Virus record (IMG/VR): IMGVR_UViG_3300028840_008186
Span: 1 to 64,000 of that record
DNA length: 64,000 bases
Origin: a virus
Lineage: Duplodnaviria > Caudoviricetes
Strand: one strand, 5' to 3'
Part shown: positions 1 through 8,319 of the stretch, piece by piece
Position numbering within the stretch: the stretch's first letter is position 1
Layout: the number at the start of each line of letters is the position of its first letter
Translations under genes and position numbers: made by a program
The notes under the pieces: model-generated
The model's input: the letters and a program-made list of their open reading frames with translations, nothing else
Told to the model about the DNA's origin: nothing
The model's database searches: none

Positions 1-408
1 TTATTGCGGTTCGGTTGGTATCGTAATAGTAAAGGGCGGCGGCGCCAGGAAGTCAAGTACCGTACTCACCTCATTGCTCTTCTCGCTCTCATTACCGCTT
101 TCATCGTAAGCCGTAGCGACAAAGTAATAAGTAGTCTCATCCTCATCCGGAGCCGTAATAGAGTTTTCAGAAGTATAAGTAGTCTGCCCTTCCACATAGG
201 GAACGTCTACAACAAGATCGGGGCTATCTGCACCGAGAGCCTGTCCGTCAGCAGTCAGGCTGGCGTAAATCCGGAATCCCGCTAGATCCGCTGGAGGGCT
301 GGGATAATCCCACTGGAGGGCCACCGGTTCGCTTCCGGCGAAAGCGGTAGGCGCGAATATGCAAAACAGGATGGCAAAAATACTTAAAATACCTACGAAT
401 TTTTTCAT
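1..408 (-). CDS. secreted fibronectin type III-like protein
   Basis: MKKFVGILSIFAILFCIFAPTAFA signal peptide after AAGAAGGAG RBS; LQWD...LAGFRIY...YYFVATAYD.SGNES..SNEV FN3 pattern. Confidence 0.7.
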   Translation of the reverse strand: MKKFVGILSIFAILFCIFAPTAFAGSEPVALQWDYPSPPADLAGFRIYASLTADGQALGADSPDLVVDVPYVEGQTTYTSENSITAPDEDETTYYFVATAYDESGNESEKSNEVSTVLDFLAPPPFTITIPTEPQ

Positions 409-574
409 TGGTAATACTCCTTCTTCTGAGTTTCGAGTGCTCATCGCACTCCTGTAAAAGATCTAAATCACGTTCTATTCGTTTGCGAAGCCCACTACCG
501 CAATCATCACCTCCTTTCAATTGCAAATAAGCGTGAATCGCCAGTAGGTCTTCTTTTAATTCTAGTATACGCAC
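248..574 (-). CDS. hypothetical protein (doubtful 3' half, overlaps FN3 gene)
   Basis: GTG start with AGAGGGG RBS just downstream of a sigma70-like promoter; 160-bp overlap lowers confidence. Confidence 0.35.
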   Translation of the reverse strand: MRILELKEDLLAIHAYLQLKGGDDCGSGLRKRIERDLDLLQECDEHSKLRRRSITNEKIRRYFKYFCHPVLHIRAYRFRRKRTGGPPVGLSQPSSGSSGIPDLRQPDC

Positions 575-590
575 TGTGCCCCTCTAAAAT

Positions 591-619
591 AGTATACCTA
601 GCAGGGGAGTTTTTTACAA
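591..619 (-). promoter_or_regulatory. sigma70-like promoter
   Basis: TTGTAA-17 bp-TATACT on - strand in the intergenic gap. Confidence 0.55.
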
Positions 620-623
620 TAAC

Positions 624-1337
624 TTATCGCCAGTACTTTTTAATCCAAGGGAATTCTTTACAGATCTGCCGCTGGGACGGGTCGTAAACCCCATTGAAGA
701 AAACCACCCGAGTGTTACTTGGCAAAGGCCTCGCTCCTTTTCGAAACTTCCTGAACAAATAAATCCCTTCGTCCCCCGGCTCCCAAACCGGCTCGTCTTT
801 GAGGACATGACTGATATAGGCCTGGTCTGTGCCTACAAACTTAGTTTTCCTACGAGTTCGAGGAGAACGCACCCGTTCCAATTCTTTGGCCTTCATCGGA
901 TCAAAATCATCCCAAACCTCTTTCCGCGCTCCAGCCCTGAGCATGAATAGCGTACCGGAATAGAATGTTCTGGGATTGGTACCTTTGAGCGCCTTGAAAT
1001 CCGGGCGCTGATCGAATAAATCTGAAATGTCTCTGAGTATAACACAGTCCAGATCGATAGAGACAATATAATCCCCAATTTGATCCTTCATTTCCTCCGA
1101 GAAGATCTTGAGTCTCCGGTAACACCCTCCCATATCCGCATAGTCATCCCACAGAGGAATGCAGTTTACCGAGTCCTCGACACCCTCCGGGTCATCAGTA
1201 ATACAATGGAATTGGTAGGGTATGCTAAGATTTCTACTCAACATATGCCCAAGCCGATTCACATGCGTACTTGTAAACAAGAGCTTTTTCTTAGGGTGAA
1301 GACCAGCATCCCACTTCCAGCAGACTATATTGATCAT
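624..1337 (-). CDS. GT-A fold glycosyltransferase
   Basis: IVCWKW...VNRL..ML.RNL..P..FHCITDD N-terminus, DLD (DxD) motif, C-terminal VVFFNG. Confidence 0.8.
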   Translation of the reverse strand: MINIVCWKWDAGLHPKKKLLFTSTHVNRLGHMLSRNLSIPYQFHCITDDPEGVEDSVNCIPLWDDYADMGGCYRRLKIFSEEMKDQIGDYIVSIDLDCVILRDISDLFDQRPDFKALKGTNPRTFYSGTLFMLRAGARKEVWDDFDPMKAKELERVRSPRTRRKTKFVGTDQAYISHVLKDEPVWEPGDEGIYLFRKFRKGARPLPSNTRVVFFNGVYDPSQRQICKEFPWIKKYWR

Positions 1338-2068
1338 ACGACCCTCTCGTACGGCGTTTGCAAGGTCATGATTCCTCTGCCCGTCTGCTTCTTCATAGCC
1401 TTGATTTCAGCTTTTTTCCTATTATTCTCATCACCCTTCAAAATCATACGGTCGCGGGGCACACTGGAATCAGGAATGATCTCCCTGGGATAACGGACCA
1501 ACGGAACCTCCAACCGGATCCTTTGGCCCCCTGTAAGTTTCAACAGCCGATTGACTTTCTTATTATAACTAGGAGAGGGCCAGTCCGCCGTTCCGTAGGT
1601 CCCAGCGAAGTCCTCATCATAACCTCCTATTCGCCAATACATCTTTCTGGTCATAAAATAAGAATCGTTGTGTGGTTTGTACGGGGTTTTATCAGGCGCG
1701 TCTACCCTCTCGAACTGATAGATATTGTTCGGATCAAACTCACCTCGCAACAATGTCGTATAAGTTTCCAGTGGAACCAAGTGGTCCATATCTGAAACCA
1801 TCAGCCATCCGTCATCAGCATGATACGCCCCTACGTTCCTAGCCATCCGCCAATTCCAATCAATGTGCTCCTTAATGCGGTAGACCCTGTGCTTGACCAT
1901 ACACGGGGCGCTTTTGAATACTTCTGCCGCCGGAGTTTCGTTCGAGCAATCGTCTGTGACTATCACTTCGAGTTGGGAACCGAAAGGATAGGCGTTCCAA
2001 GTATCGATATGCTCTCGTAGCATCCCAGGATTGTTCCAATACGAATACACAAATGTGAAAGAGTTCAT
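1334..2068 (-). CDS. GT2/GT7-like glycosyltransferase
   Basis: VIVTDDCS, ARNVGA, SDMD (DxD), IGGYDEDF.G.YG..D. Confidence 0.85.
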   Translation of the reverse strand: MNSFTFVYSYWNNPGMLREHIDTWNAYPFGSQLEVIVTDDCSNETPAAEVFKSAPCMVKHRVYRIKEHIDWNWRMARNVGAYHADDGWLMVSDMDHLVPLETYTTLLRGEFDPNNIYQFERVDAPDKTPYKPHNDSYFMTRKMYWRIGGYDEDFAGTYGTADWPSPSYNKKVNRLLKLTGGQRIRLEVPLVRYPREIIPDSSVPRDRMILKGDENNRKKAEIKAMKKQTGRGIMTLQTPYERVV

Positions 2069-2991
2069 TATTTTACCCCCGAGTAGAAAAACGTGAAGTC
2101 CTGTTCGTAGATCTCCCTGACTATCTTTTGCTCCTCCGGCCCATAGTATTCTTTCCAGGGCTTGCGCTCCGAACGAGCATTGATTCCTTTTTCAGGCAAA
2201 GGAATTTGCATCCCAGTGTACGAAGCAACCTGATGCCAAGTTTTATCCAATTGCTCCAACTTTAAAACTAGGGACGGCGCTATTCGCCACCGGCCCTTTT
2301 TATCGAGAAAACAAATGTAATAAAATTGAGGAATAAAATGGTAGTTGTACCTCTCAATAGGTTGATCTCTGAGGAAACGAACGAACTCCGGGAACTCCAT
2401 ACCGGAAGTTGGAAGCCCTGTGGGATCCTCCTCCTGCTTAGTAGGCGCGTATACTTTATCATACCATGCAGAAACCAATCGTGCGTAAGGATTACGAACC
2501 ACTGCAATCGATCGATAACTACGGCGCTGCCAATAAAACATTGCGCCCATGTCTATATATGGAATCTCTCCTCGTTCATCCTGGCGCAAAGCATCCTTTC
2601 TAAGCACATCATTATCTGGATAGTACCCCCACCCCTTAGCAAAGGCGTTCTTCAAAGCAGTAGAAGCATTCTTAGGGATCGCCATGAAGATTGTACGGTG
2701 TTTGTGGGATAGCATATTATTCCGTTTGATATTCATCATCCGCGCATCATTGTAAAAATCACTCCTTTCACTCACCCACTTCTCTTCATTGTATTCTTTT
2801 AATTTAGCAACGATCCGCTTGGCCATCGTAACGCCTATTCGGATCTTTGTTTCTAACTCCTCAGTCTCCGGCGAGTCATCTAAGGTCTGTACAATTTTCC
2901 ACATCTCCCTAAAATTTTCGCATATGGTATACCTACTGCCTCCCTGTAACAACTCCTCCAGAGAACAAGGTTCATGTTTATGAAGCGCCAT
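2068..2991 (-). CDS. sulfotransferase (Sulfotransfer_2 type) with extra N-terminal segment
   Basis: 5'-PSB IPKNAST, 3'-PB VRNPYARLVSAW, HFIPQ, YEQDF..F.Y. Confidence 0.85.
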   Translation of the reverse strand: MALHKHEPCSLEELLQGGSRYTICENFREMWKIVQTLDDSPETEELETKIRIGVTMAKRIVAKLKEYNEEKWVSERSDFYNDARMMNIKRNNMLSHKHRTIFMAIPKNASTALKNAFAKGWGYYPDNDVLRKDALRQDERGEIPYIDMGAMFYWQRRSYRSIAVVRNPYARLVSAWYDKVYAPTKQEEDPTGLPTSGMEFPEFVRFLRDQPIERYNYHFIPQFYYICFLDKKGRWRIAPSLVLKLEQLDKTWHQVASYTGMQIPLPEKGINARSERKPWKEYYGPEEQKIVREIYEQDFTFFYSGVK

Positions 2992-3664
2992 ACTCCTCTC
3001 CTTTCAGCTTTATTCCAGTAGCTGCCACCCACTCCCTGCCTATATCTTTCACCATCAAGGACTTATCAGGCCCAAATAACACCAGCTGTTGCTTGGTATT
3101 TATAAATTCCAAGAACACAGGATGCTTTCGCATCATAGGGCTTGGATCGTTCTTAGCGGGTGGTTTTCTCATTCTGCGGAGCATACCTTTCACATAGCTT
3201 TTCTCCATCAATGCCGGAGGAAAATGAGGCCGGTTGCGCGCCCTGACCCCAAGATCCAAGCCCTTGTACGAAAACCGACCGGTGACCGGAGTCGGTCCTT
3301 TATAAAAACCAATTAGTGATACCTTATCATGCGATTGCAGGTAGTCTATGCACAGATCCAAATCCAACGGCTGTAGTAACTCCCAATCATCTTCCCATTG
3401 CAAAACAAACTCTGTCTGGCACAAATTCCATACAGTACGAACAGCATGAAAGAACGAGGCCTGAGCAGGTTGATGGAAAAGCGCCGTCTCAAAGAAAAGA
3501 GATGCTTGGGCCATAACCTCCTCCCGAGTGGTACCATCCCCCTTCGGATCAATATTCATTATTAAACGAAGTTCGTGGGAGGTCTTCAAATTGCGCTTCA
3601 AAGATTCAAACACAACCTTATGGACATCGGGTCTGATACATGCTGTCATTGTTATATCAATCAT
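2978..3664 (-). CDS. GT2-like glycosyltransferase
   Basis: ITMTACIRP N-terminus, FVLQWEDDW motif. Confidence 0.7.
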   Translation of the reverse strand: MIDITMTACIRPDVHKVVFESLKRNLKTSHELRLIMNIDPKGDGTTREEVMAQASLFFETALFHQPAQASFFHAVRTVWNLCQTEFVLQWEDDWELLQPLDLDLCIDYLQSHDKVSLIGFYKGPTPVTGRFSYKGLDLGVRARNRPHFPPALMEKSYVKGMLRRMRKPPAKNDPSPMMRKHPVFLEFINTKQQLVLFGPDKSLMVKDIGREWVAATGIKLKGEEYGAS

Positions 3665-4215
3665 TTTTTCCTACCACAAAACCAAAACACAGGATCGAAC
3701 AAATCTTCGTGAACCCGGACAATGTTCTCTTTTTCCATGGACTCCGCTATATCAGCCAGTGTGATTTCGCACCACCATGCATCGCTAGTCCTGCCCTCGG
3801 GCCAGAAGTCGTGCGCCATTATAAAGTCACCTGATTTCAATATAGGTCCAAACGCCTGAACCTCCTTAATCTTATTACCATTGTCACAAAGCACTAAAGT
3901 AGGACCAGAGCGTTGTATCGCCACTTTAATAGACCGTTTGATCTCCCAAAGGTCGGTGCTAGAATAAACCTTGCCGCTTAATCCTACAATTAGTTTAACA
4001 ACTGACCTGCTCACGTGCTTGATTTCATAAGTATAGAATTTTCCTTGTGTAATGTATTGGCAATACGCAAAGAAAGTAGAAAGGGAGCCCCGCCCCGTGC
4101 CCAATTCTATAATCTGGGTAAACTGATGATCCCGAAAGAACTCCACAAAGGCCGCGATCGTCCCACGCGCTTGCGCCATTCCTGTCCCGAATAAAATCTC
4201 CTTACTTGGTTTCAT
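3661..4215 (-). CDS. class I SAM-dependent methyltransferase (CmcI/Methyltransf_24-like)
   Basis: IIELGTGRGS motif I; LCDNG; LKSGDFIMAHD. Confidence 0.75.
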   Translation of the reverse strand: MKPSKEILFGTGMAQARGTIAAFVEFFRDHQFTQIIELGTGRGSLSTFFAYCQYITQGKFYTYEIKHVSRSVVKLIVGLSGKVYSSTDLWEIKRSIKVAIQRSGPTLVLCDNGNKIKEVQAFGPILKSGDFIMAHDFWPEGRTSDAWWCEITLADIAESMEKENIVRVHEDLFDPVFWFCGRKK

Positions 4216-4873
4216 ATTGCTCCTTTCGATAGCCTCGATAATATTCTACCAACCGCCCGAGGTCCAGCGCCTGTCGGCCTCGTTGGCATAATTCTGCGGC
4301 CAATACGGTTGCGGCAGGGCCTAAGAACAGTACATACAGACTATGCTTGGGCAATTCCATCATACGCTTAAGGAGTCTTTCTTTGTGAGAGTAAGCATCC
4401 CGTTCCGGCCCCCTAATTATTTGCAGACTCTTAGCGGAACCAAAGAAGCCCCCCTTCTCATAATTCCGATGAGAACCCCGCAACATAACTACGTCCCGGC
4501 CCGAGAGTACACTAGCCCATAGCTCCCAATACGCATCGTTCATGATAGGAGCCTGATCCCCCCGGCTAACGAAAGCTGAACCAAACGTAGTAAATAGGTC
4601 TGCATGCCGACGAAACCTACTCATCTGCCTCCTCCAAAACTTGTGAAGCTTCGGATCAACGCAAGCATTATGACGAGGTATCCCTACTATCAGATCTGGA
4701 ATCTTGTTATTAAGGATCCGACGAAGATCGTAAGTTATCCCAGGAACAAGCATCTGGCAGTTCCTTTGGTGTTTCCCGTCCACTAATTTCAGTTCTCCAT
4801 CTCCGAACCTGGCTAAACTTTTACCGTGGCGTAGAATTGATTCTACAGTGGTGAATTCGTCCATTATTTCCAT
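4202..4873 (-). CDS. GT-D fold (DUF1792) glycosyltransferase
   Basis: SLARFGDGE and LGPAATVLAAEL...G.QALDLG motifs. Confidence 0.85.
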   Translation of the reverse strand: MEIMDEFTTVESILRHGKSLARFGDGELKLVDGKHQRNCQMLVPGITYDLRRILNNKIPDLIVGIPRHNACVDPKLHKFWRRQMSRFRRHADLFTTFGSAFVSRGDQAPIMNDAYWELWASVLSGRDVVMLRGSHRNYEKGGFFGSAKSLQIIRGPERDAYSHKERLLKRMMELPKHSLYVLFLGPAATVLAAELCQRGRQALDLGRLVEYYRGYRKEQYETK

Positions 4874-5514
4874 GAGAGCGCCTTTTCAATACTTACTTTG
4901 GGAAACCCTCTGATCTCACTATCAGGGTTGGCGTTAAACACCTTAATACTCGGCCAGCGCCTGGGTAAAAACTTAGCAACCCGGGAAGTCCGACTGACGA
5001 TACACGAATACATATCTTTTTCACTTTCCTTATAATGCTTCATCCAATTACGAGCCGAGCCAGCGCCCTTGCCATCGTAGCCTACCAATACCAACCTCGT
5101 TGCTCCCATAAGAATAGCCAAACTAATGGCGCATCCACCGGATGATCCATTATAACTAAGTACGGGCTTATGGAATATAGTGCCAGCCCCATACTTGTAT
5201 TTTACATAAGTCAATCCAGGCTCGTATCTAACAGTAGGATTCTTCCCTTTTGCTACATCTAGGACACTACCACGATCGATGGTATATTTGGGACCTTGAA
5301 AGGACTCTACCGCTTTCTTATTCCACCAGTACCATTTTGCGTCTCCAAAAAACAGCACGTCAGTGCAAGGCAGATAAACCGCATTGTTTATTCCTAATAC
5401 ATTTTTATCCATAAGACGCTCTATCAGATTACTACACAGATCCTGGCCGACCACACTCGGGCCTCCTCCGAGCAAAAACACCGTAGATCCTGGCCATCTC
5501 CTTTCAATTATCAT
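4864..5514 (-). CDS. Maf/MptE-like (DUF115; sialyltransferase-related fold) putative glycosyltransferase
   Basis: LLGGGPS, GINNA, FFGD, SSG..AI.LA..MGA..LVLVGYD. Confidence 0.7.
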   Translation of the reverse strand: MIIERRWPGSTVFLLGGGPSVVGQDLCSNLIERLMDKNVLGINNAVYLPCTDVLFFGDAKWYWWNKKAVESFQGPKYTIDRGSVLDVAKGKNPTVRYEPGLTYVKYKYGAGTIFHKPVLSYNGSSGGCAISLAILMGATRLVLVGYDGKGAGSARNWMKHYKESEKDMYSCIVSRTSRVAKFLPRRWPSIKVFNANPDSEIRGFPKVSIEKALSWK

Positions 5515-6182
5515 AATACAGACTCCAAGCTGACATACGGAATATACTCATTTAACGCAGAAACTTTTGAACAAGAGACTATCTCTACCTTGGGCATCGC
5601 TGCTATGGTCTTTACAAAAGCCCTTTTGAACTTATCATAGCGTTCGGGTTTAGTCGCATTTTTGCGCTTCTCATCATAACAATCGTGAAAATGCGTTTCT
5701 CCTCTGCGCTTGGCATCTTTGTCTAAGTCGCATCCCAAAAGATAAATAGGATTGAGTCCCATTATATTAGCGATTCGAATAGCCGTGACTCCTGCATTGT
5801 TCCAGGTAGGCACTCTATCATTCCACTTCTCGGGAGCAATAGGATGATTCTTCTCGCTGCCCATTGGGAACTGTAACGCGTTCTTTATAGTCACGCTCGT
5901 CAACTTGCTCGGATAGAACATGATAGTCTTTTGAAGAGATTTGAGATCTTGATTAAAGGTCCTCCAATATCCCCGATCTATAAAAATAAGGTAAGTCGGC
6001 TCAAACAACTTGAAAGCATGGTTGGAGCCGACTGTTATCTCTTGTTTCAGCTTCTCAACTATCTCCGGGGAAATGTCTCGAATAGACGGACCTCCGCCTA
6101 TTACAAAACCTCGTTGTCCTCGGTGCTTCTTTTCATAGAGCCGCAGCTTGCGTCCTTGCACTAGACTATTCTCCTTAACCAA
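5511..6182 (-). CDS. Maf/MptE-like (DUF115) putative glycosyltransferase, paralog of neighbour
   Basis: KHRGQRGFVIGGGPS, VGSNH, FID, A.IMG.NPIYLLGCD, THF. Confidence 0.75.
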   Translation of the reverse strand: MVKENSLVQGRKLRLYEKKHRGQRGFVIGGGPSIRDISPEIVEKLKQEITVGSNHAFKLFEPTYLIFIDRGYWRTFNQDLKSLQKTIMFYPSKLTSVTIKNALQFPMGSEKNHPIAPEKWNDRVPTWNNAGVTAIRIANIMGLNPIYLLGCDLDKDAKRRGETHFHDCYDEKRKNATKPERYDKFKRAFVKTIAAMPKVEIVSCSKVSALNEYIPYVSLESVL

Positions 6183-6993
6183 AATTGAGACTGAGCTGAC
6201 TGGCTGAGAACCTAACCGATTCTCCTGAACTTACAGTGACGCCTCCGCTTGCCAAATTACCATAAAATAATAAGTTAGAGGACTGATTTAATATATAACC
6301 ATGACCCACTAATCCCCAATTAGAAGCAGCGGCGGTAAACGTAATGGTAGAACTATTAGCCACCGCTGTCCCCGCACTAGAAGTAGTCCAATCGGTATGA
6401 GTTACCAAAGTAGTACCAGGAGTCCCAGTCGGATCAGTAATATTACCACCATCTGCTCCCGGATTAGTAGTAGACAGTCCGACTTGGATACTGGAAGATT
6501 GGGAGAAAGCTGAAATATTTAACAAATGATTGATTAAACCATTGCCCATATAGTTAGATATAATAGCACTCCCAGCCGTCAAACTCAACTCTCCCGCCTG
6601 TACTCTAACTGAGGTTCCTGAAGTAACAGTCTTTGAAGAACTAAACTCCCCATGAAACAGCATATTGGCTTCTGATTGAAGCGTTAAATCATCCATCACC
6701 GCATAATGGGTAATGGTACTCCAATCCTCCCCCGCGACTCCAAAATCAATCAGATTCTGATTCGTAGATGATTTGTTGGTGGAAGTAGTCCAATTGGCGC
6801 TCCCCACTCCAATTTGCTGCCTTTCATAACTCGCGCCATCGGGCTCGCCTGAAAAAGAAATAGCCCCCTCTCCGGCCCCTGCGGGATCGCTAGTGAATAA
6901 GGCTAAAAACAGATCGGTAGGCTGCGGGCACGCCGACCCTAGCATTACATGATTCAAAGCCAAGCTTTCCCAGTAATTAGTCAAACACCCCAT
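6175..6993 (-). CDS. minor tail/virion protein with two tandem copies of one Ser/Thr-rich domain
   Basis: L(T/S)NY...L.NH; LALFTSDP/VGLSTTNP; I.F..A...W..(I/V).H; N.LF.G each occur twice; position in tail module. Confidence 0.7.
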   Translation of the reverse strand: MGCLTNYWESLALNHVMLGSACPQPTDLFLALFTSDPAGAGEGAISFSGEPDGASYERQQIGVGSANWTTSTNKSSTNQNLIDFGVAGEDWSTITHYAVMDDLTLQSEANMLFHGEFSSSKTVTSGTSVRVQAGELSLTAGSAIISNYMGNGLINHLLNISAFSQSSSIQVGLSTTNPGADGGNITDPTGTPGTTLVTHTDWTTSSAGTAVANSSTITFTAAASNWGLVGHGYILNQSSNLLFYGNLASGGVTVSSGESVRFSASQLSLNFG

Positions 6994-7003
6994 GACTGCC
7001 TCC

Positions 7004-8317
7004 TTAAGTTATCTTAACCAATGTAAGGGTTCTTTCTTCCTGAGCCCAATTATAAGTCTTTTCTGTAACCATGAAATTATACAATCCACCGGTCTGATAA
7101 GGGACCAATAAAGCCAACGACTCGTTCCCCACTCCCGTGGTTTGTAGATTGAGGTAATCTCCCATCTCGTAATCGATCGCCCTCCATTGGAAGTTGGCTT
7201 CAAGTACCATTCGTTCTTGGCCATTAAATTCAGCCCAGAAGCCCAAAACCTCCGAGGCCATCCCTCTATCTTTTATCCAAGGCAACGATATCACCTCTTC
7301 TGAAGTTCCATAGGTCCCCACGCCTGAAGAATAGCTACGGCCTATAGCCTCTTGTAAAGCCTCTTCGCCCGACTTATTCCAGTGCATCTTATATCGGCCT
7401 TTATAAGAGGTAGTGAGTGATTCAATCGAAGTAAAACTCATTGTTACGTCTATTACCTCATCAGGTATAACAGTGGTCGCAGTTATCGCTTCATTGGAGG
7501 AAGCGTATAATATCGCCTCACTGGCAAATTGACCCGTCCAGGACGCTTGTACAAATAAAGGACCAAAAAACGATAGGTCGGCTGCTGTATTGAATTCCCC
7601 TTGCCAATCAGCAGCGGCTCCATGGACCGTACCAACCGCAGTAGTAAGAATACCGGTGGTACTGAACTCACCTTGCCAATCAGCTTGGGCCGCTATCTGT
7701 TGTGCCGAAGTTATATCAGCGATTGTCGAAAACTCCCCTTGCCAATCGGCAGAGGCAGGAGCATAAGTTCGCAGATGATAGTGATCTACACGCCAGACCT
7801 CTTCATCATGGCGCGTAATAATAGTACCAGAGGACTGATCGCTATCTTGCTGACCTACCCCCAACGCTACAGGAGCAGGAGCCCCCTCTGGTAGAGTTCC
7901 ATACCCCCCTCTGGCAGTATCTACATAGACTTCCCACGCATCATTAACTTTATCATATTTGTATTGGAGACGAACCCAGGTATCAAGCGAGAAAGCTATG
8001 GGAGAGCTGAAAAGACCGGTTTGCCAAACAGCTCCGTCATAATACTCAAAATCTATTTCGTAGGTTCCGCCATTGTTGGTAATTCGAAAACCAGCTACTA
8101 CAGCGTTGGTGTTATCAATGAGCGTACAAGTTCTAAAGCTCCTCCCAGAGGAGAGTCCAGAAACCAATTTGAAATGCTCGTGAATGAAAGAAGTAGGTGT
8201 CCCAGACTTTACCAACCGCCGGTAACGCTGCGACTCTGCCCCGGCATCTAATTGAACTTCGAGACAATACTGGCCGGATGGGGTGCTTACATTAACGATC
8301 GAGGTTGAGCCCGCCAT
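7004..8317 (-). CDS. tail protein with lectin/LamG-like N-terminus and ADWQGEF repeats
   Basis: beta-rich N-domain (LDTWVRLQ...WEVYVD); ADWQGEF(S/N)T three times plus one degenerate copy; tail-type C-terminus. Confidence 0.55.
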   Translation of the reverse strand: MAGSTSIVNVSTPSGQYCLEVQLDAGAESQRYRRLVKSGTPTSFIHEHFKLVSGLSSGRSFRTCTLIDNTNAVVAGFRITNNGGTYEIDFEYYDGAVWQTGLFSSPIAFSLDTWVRLQYKYDKVNDAWEVYVDTARGGYGTLPEGAPAPVALGVGQQDSDQSSGTIITRHDEEVWRVDHYHLRTYAPASADWQGEFSTIADITSAQQIAAQADWQGEFSTTGILTTAVGTVHGAAADWQGEFNTAADLSFFGPLFVQASWTGQFASEAILYASSNEAITATTVIPDEVIDVTMSFTSIESLTTSYKGRYKMHWNKSGEEALQEAIGRSYSSGVGTYGTSEEVISLPWIKDRGMASEVLGFWAEFNGQERMVLEANFQWRAIDYEMGDYLNLQTTGVGNESLALLVPYQTGGLYNFMVTEKTYNWAQEERTLTLVKIT

Positions 8318-8319
8318 TT

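Noticed and set aside
4864-6182. Calling the two MptE-like genes pterin diphosphokinases
   Set aside because: Context among glycosyltransferases favours the Maf/sialyltransferase-like role of this fold; no folate or pterin genes nearby
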